Below, piece after piece: positions 51,812 to 64,000 of a DNA stretch of 64,000 bases (its first letter is position 1; each line of letters opens with the position of its first letter). The stretch covers positions 103,191,840 through 103,255,839 of the forward strand of contig NC_068983.1 in the NCBI RefSeq assembly GCF_001194135.2, in the 5' to 3' direction. The notes beneath the pieces are model-generated. The model searched no databases and was not told where the DNA came from. It saw nothing but the letters and a program-made list of their open reading frames with translations. The DNA is from Octopus bimaculoides. Taxonomy: Eukaryota. A program made the position numbers and the translations under genes.

Positions 51812-54799
51812 GATGATAACATATCTCTCCAGAGGTAATCGAAGTACATGGCCACTTAATCACCATGTACTCCAAAGTTCCTATGCCTGCCCTTCTTGTC
51901 ACCACTTTGTTTCTCACTCTGTCTTAATAAGAGATGCCCAAGATTGAACATAGGCAGTGTTGATGGAACACATCCAGCAACTGAGAGAATATTTGGTTAT
52001 GACCCTTTATTTAGTGAGTTCAAATCCTACTCAGATAAACTTTGTCATTTGTCTTACCAGGGTTGGACAAAGTACCAGTGAAATGCTTGGGAGGTAGTAT
52101 AATCAATTAATGAAGTTGGTGTCACAATATGGTTATGGAAAGAAGAACGACAAAGAGAACAACATGAATGCTGTAAGACATTTAGAATATCACTCAACTT
52201 GCTAGAAAACAAAGCCAAAATCTCTCAAATTCCACTCAATTGTTAAATGATAATAAAAAAAGGACAAATAAGACAATCTAGGCATAGGATACCCAATTCT
52301 TGAAAAAGAAAAACAAGATAATAATGGCGAGAACAATTTTGATCATAAACCTGCTCTGTCAGGGTTGACTGTGGGCTAAACCAGTGTTCCTTAAAGGTGG
52401 AGGGAGCGGGGACTGTGAGGATTGAAAAGGGATAAAAACAAATTAGTCTATTTCTTAAAAATGAGACAGTTTTAAACTTTACAATTTGTCCAGCACCATA
52501 CTGGACAAAGAATAAATATAAGGATGTAATTTCTATTTTACCTCTAATTAAGAAAAAGATGAAGTTGGAAAGGGAGCAAAAATTTCCCTACAATTTTGGT
52601 TGGAAGGCCTGGAATTTGTCAGTTTGAGAATTACTGGACCAACCATCAAAACATTTCAATAATGTTGTGTCTGGGAAGAGTCATACTGTCTTATTATTTA
52701 ACATACTCACTGGTTCAATTTCCATTCATTTATTATTTATATTTAAAAAAAAAATAAAAATAAAAATAATGAGTGGAAATTGAACCAGCATGTTAAGGCA
52801 TTAAGACAGTGTGACTCTCCCCAGATAAAATAAAATTTGCTTCAACATGCAAATTCACATAAAGAATCTTGCAAACCAGATACAAAAACGAAAATTTCAA
52901 TAATGGTTTGTTGAGTTTAAATGAAATATCCTGTATGTTATGATTCCATTGCATTCCAGTCAGTAATCTGATCCTTGACACGAGAGAAAGAAGTGAAGGA
53001 GAAATCAGTTAAATGGCATTACTGAGCAAATAGTTTATGGTTCACAGTGCATTATATCTAGATCAATATACCAGAAGAGGATGAGACTAGAGATTTAGAA
53101 AATAACATTTAAAATTATCCAAATACTCAACAAAACCTACTAAAGCGATATACAAATTAATCTTAAAAAAAAGAAAAAAGAAAGAAAGAAAAAAATCCTC
53201 TGAATATTTCACAAAAAGAGTAAAGAGATGATTTAGGAGAGAAAGTAGGGATTAATGCTACACGGATATTAAATCAAGTTTCAGAACAGCTTAAATAAAT
53301 TTCAATAACCTTTCCAGTGATATCATCAATTAGATTTGCAAGGATGGCATTATCGCTTCATAAAATAAAAACTACTTGAAATTCAATGGGAAAAAAAAAA
53401 GACCAGTAAATAACAGAGAAAGTAGAAAATAGTAAACACCAATAAACATCACTTCTTTAAAGGAATATTTTAAGAATAAGTCAATCGAGTTTAGTATTGT
53501 ATCACACATTTACAATTCAGTGTTGTCTGTCTCTCTCATTTTCTCACACATATATATATACCATTCATATCCAACAAATCTTCCACAGGTCAGTGACTTT
53601 TGATAACCAAAAGTTTAAAGTTTCTGCTTCATCCTGCTACATATCAGGTACTCTAGTTTATGCTAAAACAAACAACAAACAAAATGACTTGTGAATCATG
53701 GGAAAAAAACCCTGAGCAATTTGCTGAATTGACAGCTAAAATAGCAATATGGGAAGTTAATGGTTAGCAAATGTCAGTAAATATGATTTGAAAATTTAAC
53801 CTATCGTGAAAGATGGAGAAGGAGATGATGGCAGTGAAGATGATGGTGGTGGCGGTGAACAAAATCCAATATTTTGAAGCCAGCTAAATTTATATTTGTT
53901 GAAAATAAGGAAATCTGATCTCAACAGCACAGAAACATATATGCACATGCAGAGATCTAGCAAGTAATATAATACACCCATATCAATAATAACTATCAAC
54001 AAACACACCCAAACAACATACCAAGTATTGTCACAATACCATAGACTGTCATATAAACCCAGGCTATTTGATTACTTATAAAATTACTCGTATTCCTTTC
54101 TTACTTAGGCATGGAACCTTGGTATTTTTCTTTACCTTTTTATTTTTAGTCAAGAGAAAAAGAAGTGCCTTTAATATTTCAAAAGACCTCCAAGGCTAAC
54201 AGTAAGGGAAAGTAATGAAGCAGGGTGGGATGAAGGTATTGTCAAACCAGAGACTTGAGCCAAAGGCTTAAAATAGAATAAGACTCTGCTGAAGGTGCTG
54301 AATATCTAATATTCTGATGATTCTTTGAATTTTGTCACTTATAGTGGGGGAAAAGGAGAAATTGTGATATTTATGCCTTTCTGAAAAAAAAACATTAGCA
54401 GTGGAAAGGAAGAAAATTTGAACCAATAATTGGAATTTGTTTCCTTCAACCCTATTTGCATTACTATTATTATTATCATCATCATCATCATTGTTTCATA
54501 TATGCACAACAGAACCTGTTAGAAAAGAAAAAGTCCTAACATCGGGATGTAACAAGTAACCTTAGTTGCCAAGAACCTTCCAAAGTATCCTAGCTGTCCC
54601 CTAATAACACTGTTTTCTAGTACTGCACTAAACTAGGTTTTATGCCCATTTCCTCTACCCATCTGTTCAAATCTTTAGGGACAGTTCCTTATGCACCTAT
54701 AACTACATGGATACATTTTACTTGCAAAAAAAAAAAAAAAGAGTAAAATAAACCCCACATTCCTGCAGTATGCAGATGCAATATTATTATTATTGTTAC

Positions 54800-55020
54800 T
54801 TAGGCAGTGAGATGGCAGAATCATTAGCATGCTGAGCAAGATGCTTAGCAGCATTTCATTTGCCTTTATGTTCCAAGTTCAAATTCTGCTGAGGTTGACT
54901 TTGCCTTTCATCTTCCCAGGATTGATAAAATAAGTACCAGTCGAGCAGTGGGGTTGATGTTATCAAATTATTCACTCCCTTGAACTTGCTGGCTTTGTGC
55001 CAAAATTTGAAATCATCATC
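54800..55020 (+). mobile_element. Family A SINE
   Basis: GGCAGTGAGATGGCAGAATCATTAGC...GTTGACTTTGCCTTTCATC...GATAAAATAAGTACCAG. Confidence 0.85.
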
Positions 55021-56091
55021 ATCATTATCACCAAACTTTATTACTAATATTGTAACAAGTAGTAAATGACCAACTGTCTTTTAACTATGTTCCATCACAA
55101 TGACATTATAATCAAAGTTATTAACAAAAATAAAGAGAAAAAGAAAACTTCCTGAATTGCTATTTAAATAAACAAATACATAAACATGGATAAAGTTTTC
55201 ACTGTATTTCTGTGAGAATATATCCCAACCAAATTTCTTTTGGCAAGAATCCAGATCGGACATGTTCCAGAGGAAGTGAAGAGAGCAATCCTAACATTTG
55301 CGTAATAGCTGACACTGTAATTTGTCTTAAACTGTGCTGACTTTAACAAGACAAGGGTCAGTTCCAGTAAGTCTGATTCCCACAATATATAAGTTCATAT
55401 TCCCAAATAACCTGAAGACTTAATTCTCAGCAATTAAATGCTAATTAAATAAGCTACCACACACACACACACACACATAGTTGTGTGACTCAAAAGTTAG
55501 CTTCCCAAACATGTGGTTTTGAGTTCAGTCCCACCATTCAGCATTTTAGGCTGTCTTCTACAGCCTTGGACTGACCAAAGCCTTTTGAGTAGATTAGTTA
55601 TGAAATTAAAAGACCATTTTATGTGTGTGTGTGAGGGAGGGAGAGAGGGTGTATGTGCGTGTGTGTGTGTATGCAAGTGTGAACATGGGTGTGTTTACAT
55701 CTGCATTTGCTTTGTACTAAAGTTTGGTGGTAGGTGCCATCAGTTTCTCCTGTTAACAAATCGTTTGGTCATTTCATGCCTTTGAAGCCATAAGAAATGA
55801 CATCTCTTATGTGGAGAACAGATTTGCCTCAAGAAAGGCATCCAACACCTCAACATGTTCGACCAATTAATTCAAGTATGGAAAACCAGGCATAGAGCAA
55901 GCTATATATAAGATATATAGCAGCATATAATAGTAATTACAACTGTAGGTTTTGTTACCAAACCAAAGAATACACTGCATATATTTCACAGTTTATGTAA
56001 TTGAAGGAAATCAAGGCTGGAAATTTATATTTGGCTAAACTGACAGCAGTATATAACTAATACATAATTTATAGAATCTCAAAAGAAAGGC

Positions 56092-56141
56092 ATGCTAAAA
56101 ATGGTAGAATACCAGATTCGGTATTCTACCATTTTTAGCAT
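56092..56141. repeat. Perfect 22-bp inverted repeat with 6-nt spacer
   Basis: ATGCTAAAAATGGTAGAATACC-agattc-GGTATTCTACCATTTTTAGCAT. Confidence 0.95.
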
Positions 56142-56499
56142 AGGTTACATTATGCTTTTGATAATTTCTCAAACTGGTACAAGAGTTCAAATTCATAAAT
56201 GAGAAGATATAGTCAATACCATGGGTCTGCAGTATATGATGCATTTTTATTTTACCGATTCAAAAAAGATCAAACAAATGTGAGCTGCAGTGGGATTTGA
56301 ATGTAGAACTTAAATGGATAAGTTTATAATGAAGATATCGTTAATAGACTTAATGTCCTATGTAAACACAGATACATTCCCAATTATTATAAGAGAATAG
56401 AACAGACTTTAAAATAGTAATAATAATTTATAAGCAAAGTTTGTAAATTCAGAATACTGTAGGCATTGATTGCCTATCTTTTTCATCTTGAAGGGTTTA

Positions 56500-56818
56500 A
56501 TTTAGTGGTACTCAACTGTTTTTTACCAATGGACCCCTTTCATTACTATTTTACCCTGGTGGACCCCCATAGCCATTCAATATTTAAAAACTAGTTTTAT
56601 AGGTACTTCTTTCAAAATTCCTATTTTGCTGTTTGCACATGAACTTGTGTAGGTTGAACTATGTAAAACATCAAACAAAGAAATCTTGCTGTTTCTTACA
56701 ATAAATACAAAAATGTCTTCATTGACCCTTAAAAATACTACTGTGGACACCCAATTTACCATTTTACTTGCATGGCCCCCACCCACAGGGTCATATACAC
56801 CCTGGTTGAGAACCACAA
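56500..56818. mobile_element. hAT-like MITE
   Basis: Termini TAGTGGTACTCAAC / GTTGAGAACCAC, similar to CAGTGGTTCTCAA-type hAT TIRs. A related partial copy at about 63825-64000 and another hAT-like element at about 52381-52637. Confidence 0.6.
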
Positions 56819-56906
56819 TTTATTTTTCCAAGTCTAGTGCTTATTCTACTGATCTCTTTCGCTGGATCACTGGTTATCAAGAGACGGGGGGAGGGAGGGG
56901 GTAAAA

Positions 56907-56939
<33 letters not shown>

Positions 56940-57282
56940 CACAATGGGCTTCCACATAGTTACTATCTACCAAATTCACTTACAAGACATTGATTGGCCT
57001 GGGCTTTAGTAGAAGACACTTGCCCAAGATGTTGTCATGCAGTTGTAACTTGAACCTGAAAACCACATGGTTGCAAAGCAAGCTGTCAAAAAGCTGCACA
57101 ACCATGCCTGGACCTATTTATAGGTTATCAAATACTTACAGCTTAAATAAAGGGCCATGTATTTACTAAGTTATATAATTCAGACACAGAGCTAAAACTG
57201 CATTTGAATGCATGCTAAACTTGGTTTAATCTAAAACTATTAACTTCATAATAGATGAAAAGTACATAAATTAGATATGTTC

Positions 57283-57367
<85 letters not shown>

Positions 57368-57503
57368 NNNNNNNNNNNNNNNNNNNNNNNNNNNNNNNNN
57401 NNNNNNNNNNNNNNNNNNNNNNNNNNNNNNNNNNNNNNNNNNNNNNNNNNNNNNNNNNNNNNNNNNNNNNNNNNNNNNNNNNNNNNNNNNNNNNNNNNNN
57501 NNN

Positions 57504-57549
<46 letters not shown>

Positions 57550-57885
57550 CATGAGTGCCAGTAGGACTTATCAAAATATTTTCAAGACTTTTATCAAGTA
57601 TGCTATCTATATTGCCAGACAGCAGTAATAATCCAGACATCAATGAACTCTATGACCATATACTTATTATACACAACAATCTTAATTCAAATTTTTCGTT
57701 TGTTTGTTTTTGCACAACGAATTGNNNNNNNNNNNNNNNNNNNNNNNNNNNNNNNNNNNNNNNNNNNNNNNNNNNNNNNNNNNNNNNNNNNNNNNNNNNN
57801 NNNNNNNNNNNNNNNNNNNNNNNNNNNNNNNNNNNNNNNNNNNNNNNNNNNNNNNNNNNNNNNNNNNNNNNNNNNNNNNNNNNNN

Positions 57886-57930
<45 letters not shown>

Positions 57931-59449
57931 GAGACCAGACAACAAAGCTAACTTTATATTTCAACATAAAGCTATATATATATATATATATACATACATA
58001 CACAAATGCACATATAAATATATATATACATACATACATACACGCACATATATACTCACACACATACACACACAACTATCAAGCTATATGTATACATGTA
58101 TGTTTATATGTATTTGTGTGAGTGTAATGGTGTTATATGCACTACATGATGGTTGTGAATGAACATCAATCATTTCCACTCTTTTGTGAAAAAAAAAACA
58201 TGTCTGGCCATGGAGGAAATGCTGCCTTGCTTGGAAAGGCACCTGGATGTAGAAAATCTGCTTCAATGAATTCTGTCTGATGCAAACATGGAAAAACTGA
58301 ATATGATGATGCATATGAATGTATGTTAATGTTAATACAATGCAGTTTTGTAGATCCAGTTCAGCTGATTTTATCAATAGGTTTCACACAGGAGACTCAA
58401 AGAGAAAAAAACCCAAAACTATCTTGGTAAAATTGGTTGAAATGGATCTGAAAAATTGGCCCTCATCAAGTAGACTTATAATGAAAAGCACTCTGGCATA
58501 TCTCTTATTCAGACACAGTGCTTTTATATAGAACTACATATTATTTAATGTGTCCTCTTTGGAAAAGTGAGTTAAGCCCCACTGCGTGACACTTTGCGCA
58601 AGTGTCTTCTACTATAGCCTTGAGCTGACCAAAAGCCTTGTGAGTGGATGTGGTAGACAGAAACTGAAAGAAGCCCATCAAATGTATATATATTGATATG
58701 TATAAATATTTATGTGTATGTGTCTCTGTGTCGGTGTTTGTCATCCCTGTGACTTAGTGATTCAGGAAAAGAGACTGACAGAAAAATATCAAGCTTAAAA
58801 AAAAAAAAGTACTGGGGGCAATTCATTTAACAAAAAAATTCTTCAAGGCAGTGCCTCAACATGGCCTCACCCTAAGGAAACAAGATAAAAAGATATACAC
58901 ACACACGGCAGTCTTGTTTCAGTTTTTGTCAAACAAATCTACTTACAAAAAGGCACTTGACCGGGGAGGGGGGGGGGCTACACAGTGGAATTGAAATCGA
59001 AACTATGCAGTTGGAACAGTTGGAAAGCAATCTTCATAACCACAGCACCATCACTGTCACTGACATCATTATCTATGGATCAAATGGAATTTGCTGAGGC
59101 AGTTTTTCTATAGCCAGGTGCCCTTCCAGTCACCAACTCCCACCTATTCCCAAGCAAGATAATATTTCCTCATGGCTGGACATGTTTCCATGGAGGATTG
59201 GAAATGAAGGATGCTGTTTCTTTGACAGTATATATTTTATCTTTTACTTGTTTCAGTCATTAGACTGTGGCCATGCTAGGGCATTGCCTTGAAAAATTTT
59301 TAGTTGATAGAACTGACTCCAGTACCTTTTATTTTTTTTATAGCCTGATACTTATTCTATTGATCTTTTTTGCTGAAATGGGGACGTAAACTCACCAACA
59401 CCAGATGTCAAATGGTGGTGAGGGATAAACACAGACACAAAGACATACG

Positions 59450-59492
<43 letters not shown>

Positions 59493-62400
59493 CAGGCTTC
59501 TATCAGTTTCTGTTTACCAAATCCACTTACAAGGGTTTGGTCAGCCTGGTGCTATAGTATAAGATACTTGCCTAAGGTGCCACACAGTTGGAATGAACCT
59601 AGAACCATATGGTTGGGAAGGAAGCTTCTTACAACACAGTCTACACCTATAACAAAGCCACGCCTGTACCTATATATATATATATCTTGCAATGAACTAC
59701 ATATAAAGAAATGACATAATAAATACTTAAAGTAATGCAACAAACACTTAGATGATATTTTGGATCAATAATGGTTAAAATCTAATGGAAAATTCCTGAA
59801 TCCAATATCTGTAAAACATTTTGGAGGTAGAAATTTAAATTCAAAACGCAATCTTCCATCCCCTGTCATCAAAATGAATCAATCGTTAAATGTTTAAATG
59901 GTGAAGTAAAAAACATTTGTGGGAAGTAGAACTAAACAAAAAGTGAAATAAATATTTAGATTAGAAATGACAATTTGGTAACAACTATAGAAACATACAA
60001 ACTGTAGAAACATACAAACAACTATAGAAACATACAAACAAGCAAACATACAAACTGCACCTCTCCAACCAGAAAATAAAAAAAGCCTAAAAAAAAAAAA
60101 AAATCAAACAAGCAAAAAATCCCAAATTTTGAAATATAACATTCTTGTAAGTAACAGAGGCACAAAAAGAAAATGATATACATTACACATTACTAAAAAG
60201 CTGAAATATTTCAAGAATAAAGAAGTCTTTAATTTAGTACTGTGTAAGTTGATAAAACATCTCAGTGCTAACTATTAAGTTTACATCTCATTGAATACCC
60301 AATACATATGTGTTTAGAGAAACATGTATACACAAAGAAAAAAGAGATTTGCTTTTTCCTTTCTTTCTTTTATTTCTTTCTAACTTGTACAGTAAATTCT
60401 TAAAATAATTCTTGATTTTTCACTCTAGAATTATATAATACTTTCACAATCTGTCTGAGAATTCAGACAACAATCTGTACCACAATTCTTTTTTTTTTTT
60501 TAGACAATGAGAAAGCTTCTATGCAGTTGCTTAACCACAGAAAAATGTGTTTGAGAAGGATCACCAAATCACTGATAAGATGTATGAGAATGTATTCAAG
60601 TTAACAAATGTGCCTCTACGTGTTCACTAAACCTGCTAGAAATATCAACCAAATCTTTCTCAAATTGCACCCTACAGTCTTTCTAAAAAGGATATATTGA
60701 ATAATGTAGTCCTAGATACATGCAGTGTGTCTGGATAAAAAATATGCTACAGAATGCTTTTGATTATAAGTCTGCATGATTAGGGTCAATCTGGAGCCAA
60801 AAAAAGCTCATTTGATTTGTCCCCTGTTATTACAGCTCATTGACAACAAGTGCTAAACATTCATCCAGGGCATTCTGCTTTAAGATTATTTTAAGTATTT
60901 CTTTGAATAATAGTTTCAGTACACAGACAATATAAAAACATTACAAAACTATACTTGCATCAAATATGTAACTGAACTCGATAGCAATAGAAGCTTCAGC
61001 AATTGTCCAGTGATAAGTTGATGAACTGTATGAAAAATAACTGAAAGCAACAAAATGCAACAAAATGCCTATAAAATAAGATGAAACACTACTTCTAGGC
61101 TCAAGACAAGAACTAACATATTATCAAATAATTGCAGAGTTTGGAAGATGAACATCTGCAAACTAACTAAACTGATGAGGCAGTTTGATGCATGTATCAG
61201 AGGTAAACTCTAACCACGTCTTTTAATAATATATACTAATGTTTTAGATAATAATGAAATATGGGCAGTAAAATAAAATATGCTTAGAGAGTAACCAAGC
61301 ACTGGATGAATGATGACTAACAAGAATTTTTTCGTAATAATTTCATTCACAACTAGGATGCTTTATAGTAATATTATACCAACACCAGTACTTATTTCAT
61401 TGACTCAAAGATAGAGGAAATGCAAAGCTGACCTCAGCTGGATTTGAAATCAAGATGCGAAGAGTCCAAACTAGATAGCAAAAGCATTTTGTCCAGTGCT
61501 CTACTGATTCTACTAATCCATAAATTTACAAAATGTGACAGAATTTATAAATGGATATCACAGAATTAAGGACTTTTCAATGTGTATGCCTGTGTACATA
61601 GACTCTGCAAAGCCATATCACAGACTTGTAAAGTAGCCACTCAGTAAAAAAACTTATCAGAATATTTTTATAGTTGACAAGTAGCATGATGAAATGCACC
61701 CAGTAAATTGGTTGGTGTTAGGAAGGGCAGCTAGTCATAAAAGCACCCCGAAAATGGAATGTATGTATGAAATGAGAGAGGGATTCTGCAAGCCACACCA
61801 CAGGCCATTTATTTAGAAGAGCAGTATCTTTGAACAAAAACTAGTACAAGATAGAACAAACTTTGTAGTCTCGCCATAGATAACTGCTTGGTGTTGAGAG
61901 CATGATAAAATATGTCCAATCTAAGCTGTGAGACATGCAGCAACAAAGATTGCTGGCTTTGTTTGTGGATGTGTATGCCAAATGACATGACATGGACAGC
62001 AATGAGATGCATTGAGACACATCCAACTCAAGCCAGCTTGGAAAATAGATAATTAAAATGATGATGATGATGATGGTGGCAGGGAAGAGGGGGATATCAC
62101 AAACACATCCTGTAAATATCTGCTAGAAATATAAAATCATACAGGCACAAAATAAATTTCTGTCTTTTTTAAAGGTTTGCAGATATTTTCAGCAATAAAG
62201 CCTAAAATGGTTTTCTAATTGTTTCTGCTTGCTATCTTAACTTTAAAGACTTCTTCCAATTGATTCTGTACACATTCCCTTTTTCTTTATTTCAAATGCT
62301 TAGGAGTAAATTCATCTTGTTAACTATCTGATGAAAAACATCATTGTGATTTTTGTTTTTGGCATGGGTACCCTTCCTAGCACCAACTGCTTTTTCACAT

Positions 62401-62899
62401 GGCATTAGCACTATAAAGAAGATTAAAGTTCTTACTGGAGTTAACATATTAGGGAAGGGAGGGAATTGGAGCAAAGTGTAATGTCAATATTTTTTATAAG
62501 AATCAGCTGCAGCATTTTATCATGTTTGAGTCTTTGACGTTAGATGAAAGGACAGAATTCTTTGGCACAGAAATTTTTAATGAAAATCCAGCCTTGAGAA
62601 AAAAAAAAAAAATTACAACTCACATACCCTATATTTTACCCAATCAACTATCAATGCTATAAGAGCTTTCACAATAAAGTAAAACAAAACATCAACTGAA
62701 ACTGTGAAATCCACCTGGTAGTGTAGTGAAAAAAATCACATAGGTATTTTATACTACCTTCGTCAGATCATAACAATAGTTTTTGAATATAGGCACAAAG
62801 TCACACATTTTATGGGAGGGTAGTAATCAGCTCCATAACTTGACTGATACTTAAGTATCACAGTCTTCCTGTGTGAGAAATGCATATGCTGCATTGTAG

Positions 62900-63260
62900 C
62901 AAATAACAGATATTGAATGCAAAAGCTGCGAAGAAATGAGGTGAGCATGTTCTGCTGGATAAGTTTTGATAGTTGTTACTTTGATGGCGTAACAACAGAA
63001 CACAACGAGCTGAGGCAGCAACTGGATGTCAGAGGAATCAGATGTAGTGCACAATGGAAATCACCATGGTATGGACATGTGATGTGTATGGTGGATGGTA
63101 ACTGGGTTAAGAAGTGTCAAGCAATCCAAGTGGAAGGAACCCATGAAAGAAAATAGAGGAAGACATAGGAAAGAAGTGACAAACACTGATCTGAACAGAT
63201 TGAACATCATGAAGGAGATGATCAAGACAAATGGCAAGATACTGAACACGAAAAGACACA
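62900..63260 (+). mobile_element. RTE-like LINE 3' remnant, decayed
   Basis: LRQQLDVRGIRC...WYGHVMCM.D.NWVKKCQAIQVEG..ERK, similar to 'LRW.GHV.RM...WVKKC...VEG.R.RGRP'. Confidence 0.75.
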
Positions 63261-63454
63261 TCTAACTCATGCAGGCATGAGAAAAAAGAGATTGATAAGA
63301 ACCTTCTCCCATAAAATAAAAATCTAAAGAAATTGAATATTGATAACACACACACGGGTGAATGATCAATTGGTAGCAGACTGGATATATAATAATATTT
63401 GGTTAATTCCTCATCCATTCTGAGTTCAAATCTTGACCAGGTACATTGCAACTC

Positions 63455-63820
63455 TCATCTTTGCTTCCCAACCACATGGTTCCGAGTTCAGTCCCACTGT
63501 GTAGCATCCTGGATAAGTGTTTTCTGCTATAGCCTCTGGCCGACCAAAGCTTTGTGAGTGGATTTAGTAGACGGAAACTGAAAGAAGCCCGTCGTATATA
63601 TATATATTTGTGTGTGTCTGTGTTTGTCCCCCCCCCCACCATCGATTGACAACCGATGTTGGTGTGTTTACACCCTCGTAACTTAGCGGTTCGGCAAAAG
63701 AGAGACCGATAGAATAAGCACTATGCTTATAAAGAATAAGTCCTGGGGTCGATTTGTTCAGCTAAAGACGGTGCTCCAGCATGGCGACAGTCAAATGATT
63801 GAAACAAGAAAAAGAATACT
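63455..63820 (+). mobile_element. tRNA-derived SINE family B (CORE-like) with internal (TA)n(TG)n microsatellite, near full length
   Basis: Head GCTTCCCAACCACATGGTTCCGAGTTCAGTCCC, CORE-like segment (ACCTTGGGCAAGTG in better copies), internal TATATA/TGTG, tail GACTGAAACAAG-AAAAGAATA-like. Related copies at ~35310-35700 (-), 39480-39650 (+), 42400-42660 (-), 46170-46390 (+), 47000-47280 (+), 49560-49690 (+), 55475-55620 (+), 56925-57110 (-), 58560-58890 (+), 59235-59660 (-). Confidence 0.82.
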
Positions 63821-64000
63821 AGAACAGTGGTCAAAGTTTGTGGTCAAAGTTTATGAGTAATAAACTGATTATACTTCAACAATGCACAAAATATTAAAAA
63901 AATATATAATTCCTAACAATATTTAATTATAAAAATATAATGGGAATTTTTAAAACATCAAATGGCTATAGGGGCCCAATAGAATGAAATAGGAATCAAA

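Noticed and set aside
55081-55385. Minus-strand ORFs as possible NR N-terminal exons
   Set aside because: No zinc-finger cysteine spacing, no similarity I recognise and no convincing donor.

Overview
Eukaryotic, AT-rich, repeat-dense animal genomic DNA with several N gaps. The SINE and microsatellite content suggests a cephalopod, probably Octopus (inference, not database-checked). One protein-coding gene is supported: a minus-strand subfamily-1 nuclear receptor of the E75/Rev-erb/ROR/PPAR-like clade. I reconstructed six phase-consistent GT-AG exons (31818-30608, 28000-27895, 27200-27059, 25444-25314, 23815-23723, 22657-22497). They encode the T-box/CTE, a very long Asn/Thr/Ser-rich hinge and a complete ligand-binding domain with helix 12. 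I found no zinc-finger DNA-binding exon in the 32 kb upstream, which holds several candidate alternative promoters or first exons. The rest is mobile DNA: at least three tRNA-derived SINE families (one young, with intact target-site duplications), a head-to-tail SINE pile-up at 8.8-13.1 kb, a Penelope-like GIY-YIG remnant, RTE-type LINE remnants, a mariner 3' end, piggyBac- and hAT-like MITEs, and microsatellites. The most notable non-genic signals are three degenerate minimal hammerhead-ribozyme-like motifs beside (TA)n tracts, a Penelope-style 37-nt inverted tail, and two strong hairpins (39664-39829, 56092-56141). No CRISPR, rRNA or credible tRNA gene. Almost all ORFs in the supplied track are microsatellite or repeat artefacts.
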